The notes: generated from the sequence alone by a model not told the origin. DNA of 64,000 bases from Paraspadella gotoi (GCA_051294375.1 CM119265.1:12698914-12762913); one strand, 5' to 3'. Counted from the first letter of the stretch, positions 47,393 through 61,256 are shown. Numbers and translations are program-made.

Positions 47393-48759
47393 TTTTCGAT
47401 TTATTTTTTTCCTTCTTTTATTTTTTCATCTCGGTGGTTTTTTCGTCGAGCTTCTTCTTTCTTCGTCTTTTAGCAGAAGACGAAGGAAAAAAAATAAAGC
47501 TTGAAACCGAAACGCGAAGGAAAAAAAATGTCTTGAAAGGAAATTGAATGGAAAAATATTCAATCGGAGTGGAAAGAAGATTCGAGGGAAATATCAGTTT
47601 GCGACTTGTCTGTTTTATTCGCAAAAGACATCCTATCTTTTTTCAGATAACGATTTCGTCTCAAACAATGAGAGCAAATAACAAAATTAAAAGGGAACTA
47701 ACTGATAGGGTAAGAAATTCTTTTTCTACAATTTTCTCCTTACTTTTTGCTTTCATTATCGATTCTTTTTTTTCGGTTTTCGATAAATTAATTCCCAGAA
47801 GATTGCGTCGTTTCAGATCGAAAGGAGGGCGTCTGACTCAGTCGGACTTCCGCCCCCCCCCATCTACTATGCTTACGATTAAATCTCCATCCGTCATCGT
47901 TGAACCGCGGCGTCGACGATTGTTCCAGCACAAACCGTCAGCTTTGGTTCATGTCATCTCCCGGTTGGCAGGTGTCGCCATCTCTGGCATCTGTCGGCAT
48001 TTGGCGGCGCATCGTCGGACCGAGACGAAATACTAATGGGGGTTTCCTATCGCGCGCCTAGTTTGGTTACGGTCGGAGAGGCTCTTAGTAAGTCGCGTAG
48101 ATGTTTTTCATCTACCTTCTTCTTTTCTTATCGTCTGCTTTCATCGTAATTTCTATTCTTTTTATCCAATATTTTTTTTTTCTTATCTTCTTATCCTACC
48201 AAGTACCAAACCTCACATTACCATACCAAGCGTCTTAGTCGCTTCACAACAAAAAACCACCAATTTAGGTGAGAGTTTTCTCCCTTTATTTTTCGACAAA
48301 CAATTTTAACAAACAAGAACCAACTATTTATTATGTACCTGTAAACAGGTTTTTACGATTTAGCCATACGCCATCTCTCCATTTATGTCAGCCCGTCTAG
48401 TGAGAGAGTCCACGCTCCTCAGAGGCGCAAACCCCGATCACCGGCGTCGTCTCCGCTTTTAACGAGCGCCGCGGGTGGCGCTGGCGACCGACGACGCGCA
48501 CTCAGGTGCGACGGCGACCGCGCGAGTGCGTCCAAGTGCCCGTGACAGTCGCAGTGGTTTTCGCGAAATATCACCTCGTGAGGAAACCGCGCCGCCCGCG
48601 CCGCCCACCGACGCCTGTCTACGACCCCCCCAAGCATATCTCCCCTCCCTCTCTCTCCTCCCTCCCTCACCCCCGCGGCCCCCTCCGTCGCTTCTTGGCG
48701 TCTGGGACCCTCGTTCCTCCTTTTTGTCTGGCAACATTTTTATTTTCCTGCCTCTCTCT

Positions 48760-48795
<36 letters not shown>

Positions 48796-48796
48796 T

Positions 48797-48847
<51 letters not shown>

Positions 48848-50789
48848 CTCATCTCTCCTCTCTCGTCTTTTTTATTACCGTCTGTGTTTGTTTGTCTTCT
48901 TCTCTCGGATATTCTACTTCATCTTTCCTTTCTCATTCTTCCTTTTTTTTCTTCCCTCTTTCCTTTGTTATAGTTACCTCCTTTTCTTTTTTTCCTTCCC
49001 ACTTTCCCCTCCCACTTTCCTATCCTCTTCCCTCCTTCTCCGACTCTCTCCTTCCATTTCTACGCTTCCGTTTCACCTTTTCGGAATCCCGCTCATGTTG
49101 CGCGGGAGGTCAAAGTTCGTCTCATCCGTTCCTGGATTTTATCATAACAAAAACGAAAACACGATTATGCTACAAATCATAACCTAGGAAATCAGTTTTC
49201 TCCGCTCTCTTATTTTATTCGTCGTTTTCGATAACTTAAAAAAAAATAGTAGAAAACTTTTAAGCTACGTTCTCGTTACGGGGTTTTTTTTTTCTTGTTT
49301 TTTTCGTTAGTATTTTGGCCAACGATTGTTAATTTTTCGGCAAACAATAAATAGTTTATCTGATAGAACTTCACTTATTATTTAATCAGGCATTAATTCT
49401 TCGTTATTCGTTCATTTCATCTCAATTTTACTTCTTCGTCTCCTGATATAACATCACTGCCAGTTAGTTTTTCCCCCAACTAATTTATAATCTCATTTCA
49501 GTTCCTTGGATATTTTCTCGAATGATTTGTAACACGTATATATATGAGGTACAAAACAAAACAGGGGAGAAAAAAGAAAGAACTTTAATGGGAAAAATGG
49601 CTTTAAAACAAAATAAGCGGATGTCTAAATAAAAACAGGCTTCGCTATGCGGACGAAAAATAAACAAAAAGCCGTTGATAAAGTGGATGAATAAAGTGAA
49701 TGAATAAAGTGGACGAATAAAGGGAAAAAGAAAAGAAAAATGAAGGAAAAGAAAAGGAAAACGGAGGAAGAAAAGAAGAAGGCTGCGAGGAAGATAAATT
49801 TGACGTTTATCGCGCTCGAGTTTGTCGATGGTTTACCTGGATAACCGAAAAGTAAAAAAAAGGAATAAGGAAAAAAAAAGGGGGAAAAAAATAAAAAAGT
49901 AAAAAGGGGGAAATAAACCGGAGGAGACAAGAGCGAAAAAAAAACTGCAAAAAAAAAAAAAAAACTAAGAAAGATAACCTCATTCATTTATTCATGAGAG
50001 GAAAAGAAAGAGAGGCAGGGCCTGACGCGCCGGCCCCGGTAATCCTATTGTCAACTCGGCGCACCCCTCGTCTCCGCCGAGTATAAAATCGGGAATAAAT
50101 ATCTTTATAGGGACGAGAAGAAAAAAAATGCGATAATAAGCCAATTTGAATAAGCAGTGATTTAATCAACGGCCCACGGGATTTCAGTTTGGAAGCTTCA
50201 ATACCCACTCTGTCCCTGTCTCATCCAATATTCATTCGAAAAAAAGGACGAGGGGGAAAAAAAAGCATATTGCTTTAATTTGGGAGAGACTAGCGACATC
50301 TATCCTATCAAGAAAAAAAAACTTATTCTCTGGTAAACTTTACTACGGTTTTCAAATTAGATCGATGATTTCCAGAAAATCTAATTTATACTTCATAAAT
50401 TATTATTATTATATTCGAAACCAGACGAGTCTTCTTGGGAAGCTTGGACACAAAACGAGGAAGTCACTAGTGAAACGCTGACAATCTCTCGCCAACAACA
50501 AGAGGACCAAACGTTCTCTCTGCACCGCCGAAGCTTCATGACATCCTGTCAACTCAATCCAGAGCTAAATCCTTTTTTTAAAGGAAACATATGCGTCGAC
50601 AAAATCCAGGACGAAAAAAAAAATGGGGAATCTTATAAATCTCCGTCATCTAAAAACCTCTCAATCAAAGATATTTTCTTTAAAACGAAACTTGAGGCTA
50701 GGATGTTTGATGTAAGTAAATATTTGGCTCTCTTCTTCAAAAGCGACCCATTCGGTATATCTGTTCCTTATTCCCTGAACTTAAATGTA

Positions 50790-50848
50790 ACCCTAATTCA
50801 TAACTCTAACCCTAACCCCTATCTTTAAACCGTAGTCCCTAACCTAAA
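50790..50848. repeat. Degenerate (CCCTAA)-like tract
   Basis: taaccctaattcataactctaaccctaacccctatc...ccctaacctaa. Confidence 0.45.
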
Positions 50849-53355
50849 GAGTTTTCTTTGTCTTCATATTGGTTTCGTCTTTTCCTTAGCATAGATTAAA
50901 CCGGTTTCCAAAGACCCCAAAGTGTTGTGACACCGCAAAACGCGTCCAAACTCTCGCCTCCTACACTTTAAATGTGAAACAAATTAATAATGCGTGATCT
51001 TTCCTCAACTTAATCTTCCGCGTCGTATATAAACGATATTTAACAATGAACAGGGAAGCAGATTGCTTGCTGATTGCTTGCTGATTACTCGATGATCAAA
51101 AAAAGTTTAATCGCAATTTTCTTTTACTTTTTTTTTCTTCCTTCGTGAGACTTCCCTGCATCCTCTTCACACCTTGACTGAGAAACTCTAAAGAAAGATT
51201 ATTGCTTTCTTTTTTCGTTGCCTTCTATTTTTTTTCTTCGTTTTTCTCTTCGTCGTTTTCGTCTTCGTTTTCGTCTTCGTCGTCGCCGCCGCAGCCACTG
51301 CGTCTTACAGGTGTTGGACGTCAGAAATTCATGCCGATAAGAAAATCGGGAATCCCCGAATTGACATCGCGCGCCTTGGCGCACATGCGCGATACAGATA
51401 CGTTCATATGCGACTCGATACTGTCGGACGCTGACAGATGCGACGAGGAAGAGCGACATCTACGGAAGGCTGTACGTGATGACAGACGCTTTCGGAAAAT
51501 AAAAAGATGCCACAGAGATTTTTTGAGAACAAAATTTAGAAAAATTATAGGAGAGAAAAGCGGTTGCGGCCTGATACCGAGCCTCTTTATCTCCCTTTTT
51601 TTTCTTTTTTCTTAACAAAGTTTTTCCCCCATTTTCTGTTTTTATTATTTTTTCTTTCTCAAATCTTGTTTAAATTTTAATGTCTCACGAACTTGCACTC
51701 GAATAAAGGGAAAAGAACCTCCCTTTTTTTAAAAAAATTTAACTGTCGCGTGTCTTTTAATGCAACAGGAGAAACCGAATTAATTCGATGAATTATCGGA
51801 AACAAGGGAAACGAAACGGTGGCTTCGCTTTGACAAATTCGTCGACCCGCGTCGTCCCTTTAAATTAATTCCGAACGCGTTCCGAACGAGATTACTCGAA
51901 AGGTCGCGTCTCTCCGTTTGTTATCAATTGTTAAGGGACGTTGAATTTTAAAAACAGGCTCCGTATTAACGTAATTAATGAGGATACGCGGCGACGTTTT
52001 CAAAAAAAAAAATTACCCATGAATACGAAATATGGCGTCGTGAATTAAAAAAATTATAAAAAAGAGGGAAAAGTTTAAAAAAAAGTGAGTGACGTCAAGG
52101 AGAAAATAAACAAAACAAAGAAAGATAAAGAAAAAGGAGAAAAAAGAGAAAATAAGGCGAGAAATAATATTTTCCAAAAAAAATTTTACTCAGAGAAAGA
52201 ATAAGAGAGAGAGAAAGAGAGAGATTCGAGTGTATGTACCCTAGTACCCAAGCTTATTATTATTCCCCAGAACGCGAATGGATTGTCAAAATTAACAAAT
52301 GACTCTGGGTTGCCACTTTGTTCGGGTACCCAATAACAAACCCCACGGTGGCAGCGGGAGAGCAGGAAGGAGCGAAGTCGGTGTAGCAGGTGGCGGTTCG
52401 GGCGGCGGTGCAGGCGGAGGTGCAGACGCGGGTGCGGCCGGCGGTGGGGGGGGGGTGAACGACATCGAAAAAGTTATGATAATTAGCTGCGTTTTCGGTC
52501 GCCTCATTCATTTAGGAATAAAGGCTGAAACGCGTTCTCATTTCGGGGCGAATCCTCGTCGGCGTTGGCGTCGATGAGAGTAAAGCTTAAAGAGGATTTG
52601 TAGTTTATTATTTATGACTAGGGGGATTCTTAAACTTGATAAACTTTAGTTGGTTAATCAAAGAAAAGTATTCATTATTTGAAGAAAAGTTACGTAACAA
52701 AATCGCAAGGAAGAGAAGTCGCAGCTGGAGACTCGAGTAAAACTCAATGAATATATAAAGTAAATCATGAGCTACAAAGATTGTTATAGGAATAAAAAAA
52801 AANNNNNNNNNNNNNNNNNNNNNNNNNNNNNNNNNNNNNNNNNNNNNNNNNNNNNNNNNNNNNNNNNNNNNNNNNNNNNNNNNNNNNNNNNNNNNNNNNN
52901 NNNNNNNNNNNNNNNNNNNNNNNNNNNNNNNNNNNNNNNNNNNNNNNNNNNNNNNNNNNNNNNNNNNNNNNNNNNNNNNNNNNNNNNNNNNNNNNNNNNN
53001 NNNNNNNNNCTTTTTCCCCGGCGAATCCGATGCCTTCCGAAACTTGTTTTTTCGGATTTATCGACAAGGAAAACGCGTTCGTTGTAAATGCTGCTTCTCC
53101 AGATTTTCATTGACATTTTTGGCTGTTCTTCTATTTTTTATGCAAACAAAGAAACTAGAGAGAACATTGAAGCATAAATCGAAGAATGTTTTACAATAGT
53201 ATAATTAACTCAATTCTTTAATTCCTTCATCAGCCTAGAAACGACTTCCTAAACAAATCATTGCCACTTACTCTCAGCGACAACTACTTTCTCTAAATGA
53301 CGACCTTCTCCACGCTCCCAATTATCAATCATTTTCAATCAAACCCATAACTTAC

Positions 53356-53775
53356 CATTGAGCCTCATCCAGACGGCGGGTCGGGACGGCGAGAGGCAGG
53401 CGAAACTGACCCTGGCGCCGACGAGCACCGCCTTCTTCTCGCGCTGCACTTCCTTCTCGTCGTCGGCGGCGATCGAATCCCACCCGCCGCCGCCGGCGGC
53501 GCCGATAGAGACGCCGCCGTGCCGCGGTTCTCCGCCGCCGACGCCGGAGGGACGCTGCGGCCGACGCAGCCCGTGCAGCCGGAAAAAGTCGGGATCGAGT
53601 CTAGGATCGAGAGGGACAGAGTCGGTCGCGAACACGTCGCGCCTCTCCTTCGACGGCGGCGGCTGCTGCTGTCGTTGCTGTTGTTGGCGGCTTACCTCCC
53701 GCTGCGGTTGTTTTCGCCCCGGTTGTTTTTGTTGCGCCGACGGGCTCCNNNNNNNNNNNNNNNNNNNNNNNNNCC
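53356..53775 (-). CDS. Ig-superfamily gene exon 1 of those found (low-complexity N-terminal region plus start of V-like Ig1)
   Basis: catcttgcag| ... aat g|GTAAGT (phase 1); GC-rich, with a small N gap at 53749-53773. Reads ...QQKQPGRKQPQREVSRQQQRQQQPPPSKERRDVFATDSVPLDPRLDPDFF...EKKAVLVGARVSFACLSPSRPAVWMRLN(G), supplying the B-strand Cys and C-strand Trp. Confidence 0.85.
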
Positions 53776-54816
53776 CTGCAAGATGATGGCGAGATCGGAG
53801 GCTTGGATTCGGGTTGGACGCAAAAGTAGAAAAATAGAAAATTTCAACCGGTCCGTTTTATTTTTTTTTTACTTCAATAATTAACGAACGTTAAATGAAT
53901 TCGAGATGTTTTTAATTACAGATAATCATTAGTATTATTTCCATCAAAATTTACGTTGTAAAACCACGTTTCAACTTAGTTACGACGAATTTTTAAATCA
54001 AATCTCTCTTTCTCGATTTCTTTTCAGGAATCACTAGGACTTGAATTAATTTCCCAAAACTAACGACGAAAAAATTAATTGTTCAAATACTTTAAATCCT
54101 GGATTAACTCCTTTTTCATTGCGAATCAAAAATTCAGGAATATACTGCAACTACATCTGTCTCATCGCAAAAAATCTCGAGTTCACGCTCCAAACGTGGA
54201 AACTAAAAAAAGAAAAAAAAAAAAAAGAAAAGAAAACTAAAACGAAAAACAAAACGAGTCTCTCCCCCACGAAAAAAAACAAAAACAAACATAAAACCCA
54301 ACCTCTACCTCCCCCCTCCGTCGCCTCATGGAACTATCCTTTCGCCCAAAACCCGTGACACGTGCGAGGCAATGGTCTGTCCCACCGGACACAGTAACGC
54401 GCGACGTTTCACGCCCGCTCCGCCGGCCAAACACCGCCGCCAACGCCCCCACCCGTTGCTGTCGTGACGCCGACTCCGATTCCAGTGAATGGTCGATCTC
54501 GGGGGCAAAAATTGTCCCATAGCGGCGTCAAAGTTCACGCGCGCTTTAATCTGTGGCGACTAAACGGACCGTCGCCCTTCGTCGTCTGTCGTCATCGTCG
54601 TCCGTTCATCGTCGTCGTCGTCGTCGTTCGACCACCGCGACAGACTCCACGTTTCGTTTCTGTCGACCAACGTGAGTATTTCTCTCCTTCCCTCCCGCGG
54701 GACTCGACTGAAGTTGGCCTGATTTATTTTTTATCGCCCGTCTCTCTCTCTCTCTTCTCGTCCTCTCTCTCTCTTCTCTCTCCTCTCCTCTCTCTCTCCT
54801 CTCATCTTTTCTCGTC

Positions 54817-54872
<56 letters not shown>

Positions 54873-56577
54873 ATCGTCTCTCTCTCTCTCTCTTTTTTTA
54901 TTCTTCCAAACCCACAGAAATAGTTCGGATAAAAAAGAAATAAAAAGAAAAAGGAGCAAACAACCGTCCATAAACCCCGGGATCCAAGATGAAGCCGCAA
55001 GCGACGCCCCTCCTCTTCACTCTTCCTTCCCTCCCCTTTGATTCGTCACACCGACGCCCCGCCCCCGTCACCCCACCATCTCCGCCCCCGCCCGTCCCCT
55101 CGGGGCAAAGCGCGAAATGTCGAATGGAATCTCGCGAATTCCGGCAGAGGACGCTCAGCATTTCTCGGTCTCGAGTCAGCGTCTCTCGCTCTCTATCTTT
55201 AGCTCCATCTCACTACGACATCCTGCAAAGCGAGTTCTTATTCGATTGAATTGGCGACCATAAAAACTGAGGGGATGATTTATCGTAATCTTTATGGTAA
55301 GCTTCGAAAGAAGGATTTGCGCTAAAGGTCGTTCAGTGGCAGACCAAAAATCCCGAATCTTTTGAATCGAGAGGGAAAAAGAAACATAAGTATGAAGAAC
55401 GGCACCTATGACAAAAATGGTGATTGCATGTGCGCACGCAGAGACGGAGAGACGAGCCGGACGACGAGAGAGCGGATGACGAGAGAGAGATGTAATGAGG
55501 AGATGAGAGATGAGAGAGACTAGAGAGAGCAGAGGAGAGAGAGGATGAGAGAGAAGATCACATGGAGGAAAGGGAGAAGAGATCGAGAGAACAGAGGAAG
55601 AGACAGTGAGAGAGAGAGACAGAGAGAGAGAGCAAAACAGACATTTTTTAAAAAACAAAAGATTTATGTTCTAAGTTCGCTGTAGGTTTAAAAGGAATTT
55701 CGTTGTTGTTATTGATGGGTTGGTTGTTGTTTTGGCTGATGCTTCCTCTTCTCGCGGTCGATTGTTGTCTGTTGTTGATAATGATATTTTATGTTGTTAT
55801 TCTTGTGAATTTTTCTCTCGACCGCTTTATCGGGAAAGATTCCTCAAAGTCGAAAGGGAAAAAAAGGAAAGAACTTCTTTTTTACGTTTTTTTTTACGTT
55901 TTCCCATTTCGAAGAATCGAAAAAATGACCTTAGAAAAATGAGCTTTCTTTCGTTTTTCCATTGTCTTTTATTTCCCAGACTGTATTGCTTCTTAACTTG
56001 ACATACTTTTTTTTTGTATTTTTTNNNNNNNNNNNNNNNNNNNNNNNNNNNNNNNNNNNNNNNNNNNNNNNNNNNNNNNNNNNNNNNNNNNNNNNNNNNN
56101 NNNNNNNNNNNNNNNNNNNNNNNNNNNNNNNNNNNNNNNNNNNNNNNNNNNNNNNNNNNNNNNNNNNNNNNNNNNNNNNNNNNNNNNNNNNNNNNNNNNN
56201 NNNNNNNNNNNNNNNNNNNNNNNNNNNNNNNNNNNNNNNNNNNNNNNNNNNNNNNNNNNNNNNNNNNNNNNNNNNNNNNNNNNNNNNNNNNNNNNNNNNN
56301 NNNNNNNNNNNNNNNNNNNNNNNNNNNNNNNNNNNNNNNNNNNAGGCAAAGACCCGCGTATTCTTCCTCGCAGAAACTCAACGGCGCAAAAGTTATAACA
56401 AAATGCGCGGTTTAACTTTTTTAGTTCCGGTTTATCTACAGCTCCCCTCTCTCCTCGCCCGGCGGTTCTGCAGCTCGTGCCTCCTCTCTTCTCCCCGGTC
56501 ATCGTCAATCGTCTCCGTCTCATGCTAGTAAGCTTAAGCGCTTAACCGTCTCCGCAGTCAAATTCACAATCTCCCCG

Positions 56578-56586
56578 CTTTATATA
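56578..56586 (-). promoter_or_regulatory. Candidate TATA box (TATATAAAG) upstream of the Ig gene
   Basis: Minus strand gagggTATATAAAGcgggg in GC-rich flanks, ~2.8 kb upstream of the first exon found. Motif evidence only. Confidence 0.3.
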
Positions 56587-57985
56587 CCCTCTCGTCGGTT
56601 CCACGGCTCTAGACAACTCCTACGTACCGCTCGTATCACTTGTCACCAATGTCTCTATTCCAGAGGTGATCTTTTTGCTCATCCTCGTTTCCTTNNNNNN
56701 NNNNNNNNNNNNNNNNNNNTCGTCCTTTTTCGTTCTTCGCATCGGCGCCTCTCAGATTTTTAATGCCGCGAAAAAATCCCCGCTTAATCCCTTTTCACGT
56801 CAAATTACATCCCTAAACGTCGCGTAAAGGTTCGGGTAAGTAGCGAAGAACATCCGGGGAAAGTTCTTTCCAGCTTTCGTAAGAATCTGAAAAGCCCGAA
56901 GACTTAAAAGCTTTCTATATATGAGGGGGGTGTATTACCTTATAGAGCGCGAGGATCTCACGCTTTCTCCCCTTTTCAGAATTTTAATAAATCGCAGATA
57001 AACAAGTGAATTGTTTTAACATTTCATTCCAATGGTTAAAATATTAATTCATAGATTTTATGCTCATTATTATAAGTCGAATTTTGCCCAGGCGGTCAGT
57101 ATTACATCTTTTATTTAAAAATATTGTTGTATACTTGTATTTTTCACTCACTTTTTATATCGTTTCCTGCAATAAGTTTAGCAGACTGAATTATTGCTTT
57201 GAAACTAAGGTTCCTTTCGAATTGTTATAAATAATTTAAAATTGTTAAATATTCCTTTAATTCTTCATGTCTACCGACGAGGGGTTTCCTTGATTCAATT
57301 CGATAACGTCGAACCTTCCTCTCCACGGACTCTAAATATTATCACCGACAGGTTTTTTTCTGTCATAAAAATCAAAGAAGGGCCACGCCCCCACTCAGCG
57401 TAGAAATCGAGGGAATCTATTTTTCCAAGACGCCGCCTTTCGGGACTCAGCGGAAAAACAAAATTTCGGTAGAACTTTCCGCAAGAAGTCGCCATGCGTC
57501 GCGCGAGTACAACAAACAATACCCTATAGTACCGCGCGTGCGCAGTAAGAGCACTCCAACACCCTAGTCCCCCCTTTTCCCCTCGGCTCCGCACGCCACC
57601 GCCCGGCAATTGGTTTACGTACATAAAAACAATTGTTGTCATTAATAATTCAATAAACTAACAACGCCGAGCGTCGAAGCGAGTCGCCTTCCCGCCGATT
57701 CAATAAATTCCGCGATATTTTTTTTGTTCCTGCTATCTCTCTTGTTTCTTCTTATTTCCTCTTATATCCACTCTCTCCCTCGGCGCGTTTAATCTGGATT
57801 GACATAAAATTCCAATAAAGATTCATTTTTATACTGGTTTTATCACGTAAATGGAGCGAGGTCGTCTCTGAATGTAGGGAGCACAGGTAGAAAAAATTTG
57901 GGTTGTGCGCCCATGAAAGAGTTTGAAAAAAGAAGAGTGTTTTTTGATAAAGACCTCGTCTGGAGACGTGAGCTTTTTAATTAGA

Positions 57986-58922
57986 GATGAGCAGCTTGCA
58001 CGGTTCCTTTCTCTACCAATGAGATTAACTCGCATGGAGATGCAAGCAAGAATGAGAATGTTCCCGAGGAATAACGTTTCCGAGACTTATGAGGGCTAAA
58101 CAAATAAAAAGGGTCAATCCAGAATTTCTCCTCCTAATGACAGTTTTTTTGCAATATAAAAATTCCAATGAATTTAAACATTAGCTAATCCATAAAGACC
58201 GGGTGATGTATCCAAATCAATAGAGGTGAGGCATAACGAACTTTAAGTAATTGAAGTTTAAATTTTTTTTAAAAATGAAAATATATGGCATCATTACAAA
58301 TCTATGGCCAATCAATTTCTTTTCTCGTTTGTAGTCCCATAACCATTTTATTCTCATCTTTAATAGTTTATTTGTAATTAATTTTCTTTATTATATAGGA
58401 TTATTCATCTAATTGTCTTAAATAATTTAAATTAAATTATAACTATGCCAAATGGAATTGAAGAAAAATTTTATATTATACAGGGACTTACCTACCTAAG
58501 TATAGGCATTTCAAATACATATATAGTAAGTTTATTTATAAGATGTTTTTGAACATAGAAAATAAATAATTTATAAATTATATATGAAAAAAATTTAACC
58601 TTTGAATTTTTTTAGCAATGAAATAAACATAATTATTCAATCTAATTGTTCCATATGCTTTTAATAGCTACTGTCAGTTTTGTATCATTCTCAATTATAA
58701 TAATTTTTAATAACTTTTTTTTTTTATTTTTAGTAATACGTGACTGCTTATTTAAGCTTACTTTTGACAAAATCCAAAAATTTACTGTATTAAATTAATG
58801 TATGGAAACAGACGAAACAATTTTTTTTAAATCACATGCTATTTAATTTGTTGAAGCTGATATATATATATCCCTTGGACAAAATTAAAAAGGTTTTAAA
58901 CAATCCCAACTAGACATTTTTA
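57986..58922 (+). repeat. Inverted duplication, left arm (indel-rich copy of 60338-61230)
   Basis: aatcccaactagacattttt pairs with aaaaatgtctagttgggatt; gggacttacctacctaa pairs with ttaggtaggtaagtccc; ctcgcatggag..caagaatgagaatg pairs with cattctcattcttg..ctccatgcgag. Confidence 0.85.
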
Positions 58923-60337
58923 CAGGTTGTCAAATGTATACAATATTCCCTGATAGTGTCGGACACTGCTTTGTGAAGGGTTTTTAACTTAATTCCAGTA
59001 AGCCTCTTTTAATATGCAGCAGAAAAGCAGTATATTTAACAGTTTTTTTAATTTGGAGGTGGGCAATCAAAGTTCTAACAGCATATTAAACATCCAGTAT
59101 ATTTGTTAAGTATAGTAGATTCCTCTATAGATATTTTTAATTTTGAAAAACGTTTTACTTTTTTTCTATAATTTTTTTGACACGGTCAAAACGTTTTTTT
59201 TGAATTACGCGAAAGAGAATGTAAAAAATTAAAAATAAATACTGTACCAATAGTTAGACTTTATGTCTAAGAATAGCATGAAAAACCTTGTTTAAAAATT
59301 TTGACTCGCGAAGTGGGGTAACTTAAGGCTTACCAACGGTATCCTCTCCATGCTATGTGCGTCTCTCGCTATAATTTTTTTAATTTACATAATCACATTT
59401 GAAAGGGAAAAAAGAAATTCAAGAATTCAGGTGGCATACAAGGGTAGAGAAAATCTGTAGCATAGTGACATGACATAATAAGTGACCCTTTTATGTCTTG
59501 CGTATGGGGCAGTAAAGAAAACGCTAAAAAATCAATCATTAAGTCAAGTCAAGAACCGCTTTCCGCGAATTTTTTTTCTTCAATTAAAATGGATGATAAA
59601 TAATAGAACAATTAAATTCCCTTTATAAAGGTTGTAATATTTAAAAGAAAATTATCATCTAACAATTCAACACCAATGAAAATGTCTTGCTTTGTCAAAT
59701 ATGTCAGCAGTTTAAGTAATTTTAAAATTTTATTAATGATAAACAAGGCAGTTATACGTCAGCTTTTCTTTGCAAGTGTAAAGATAATGAAAAATGATTA
59801 TTTTTTTTTCAGCAGACAAGAAGGTAGACGTCGCCAGACTGTTTATATCAACGCTGAAACATTTTATTATTTATCATTTTTTTTATATTAAAAAAACATT
59901 TTTAATCAGCTACTACAAATTTTTGGCTTGTTTTTTTACTTAACTGAAAAATACAAGCAAATTTATAAAGTAGAGAATTTAATGTAATTAAAACTGTAAT
60001 TCAGACTTTCCTCTTTTAATTTAACAAAAAGAAAAAAAAAATTTTTATATGCCTTCAATTGAAATTGTGTTAAATCAAAAAACTGTTATAACTTTTAAAC
60101 TCGTATTTTAAATAAAAACTGTGTAAAGCATTTATGGATAAAAATTTAACCAAAACTGTTCTAGAAATATGTCCCTTGACTTAGTGGCTTTTAAACCTTT
60201 GATACACAAAACCGCGGCGACCTTGCCTACCACGTCTTTTTTTTTTTTTTCAAAAGATATTCAAGAAAATAACTTTTTTTATTACTGTTTTTGCATCTTG
60301 CAGTTTTTTTTTTAAAGCAACCCTAACTTTTGGCCTT

Positions 60338-61230
60338 AAAAAATGTCTAGTTGGGATTGTTTAAAACTTTTTAAATATTTTGTCCAAGGATAATATTATA
60401 TCAGTTCAAACAATTAAATAGGCAAATGTGATTTAAAAAAAGTTTTCCGTCTGTTTTCATCACAATGATTTTTAATAGCCAGTAATTTTTGGATTTTTGT
60501 CAAAAGTAAGTAAATATAGCAGTGCAGTATTCACTCAAAAATAAAAAAGTTATAAAATTATTATAATTGAGATATAATTACAACTGACGCACGTAAGGCT
60601 ATAAAAGCATCATGAACAGATTAATTAATCAATAATGTTTATTAAATGCTAAAAAAAAATCAAAGTTAAAATTTTTTTCAATATATTTAATTTTATAATT
60701 ATTTATGTCTTTCTATGTCAAAACAAGAATCATCTATAATAAACTACTATATATGTATTTGAAGGCCTATATTAGGTAGGTAAGTCCCTTAATATAAATT
60801 TTTCTTTTCATCATTTGGCGATACGTTATAATTTTTTTTAATTAAATTATTTGAAAAAATTAAAATAATATTTTAAATAAAGAAGAAATTAATTACAAAT
60901 AAACTATTAAAAGATAGAATAAATGCGTTCATGGACTCAACGAAAGTAAAATTGTTCATAGGATTTATGGATGATGCATGATAATTTTTAAATTTTTCTT
61001 AAAAAATTTGAACCATTTTTAAATTTTTTTTATTCTACTGTTTAATTGATTTTATATACTAATTTTAATATTAATTTATAAAAAAAACTGTCATTAGGAA
61101 AAATTTGATTACCCGCTATTTTTTGTGTAGGCCAAAGGTCGAAGGAAAACGTATCCCGGGACATTCTCATTCTTGGTGCTACTCCATGCGAGTAATCGAT
61201 GTAAAAAGGACCGTTGACGGCTGTGCTCAT
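60338..61230 (-). repeat. Inverted duplication, right arm
   Basis: Reverse complement of 57986-58922; a ~1.4 kb spacer lies between the arms and showed no clear self-complementarity in spot checks. Confidence 0.85.
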
Positions 61231-61256
61231 TGCTCCCCCGTTCTTGATTTTAAGAC
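61113..61256 (-). CDS. Putative exon of an unidentified gene
   Basis: ttag| ... g|GTAATC, 144 nt, phase 1-1, open frame LKIKNGGAMSTAVNGPFYIDYSHGVAPRMRMSRDTFSFDLWPTQKIA; higher GC than its AT-rich flanks. Confidence 0.45.

Noticed and set aside
51202-52577. ORFs at 51202-51615 and the Gly/Pro-rich ORFs at 52260-52577
   Set aside because: No recognisable domain and no consistent splice-phase partners; likely low-complexity intronic sequence.
57986-61230. Foldback DNA transposon interpretation of the 58-61 kb inverted repeat
   Set aside because: There are no defined termini or TSD, and the arm includes exon-like host sequence, unlike 22401-27420.
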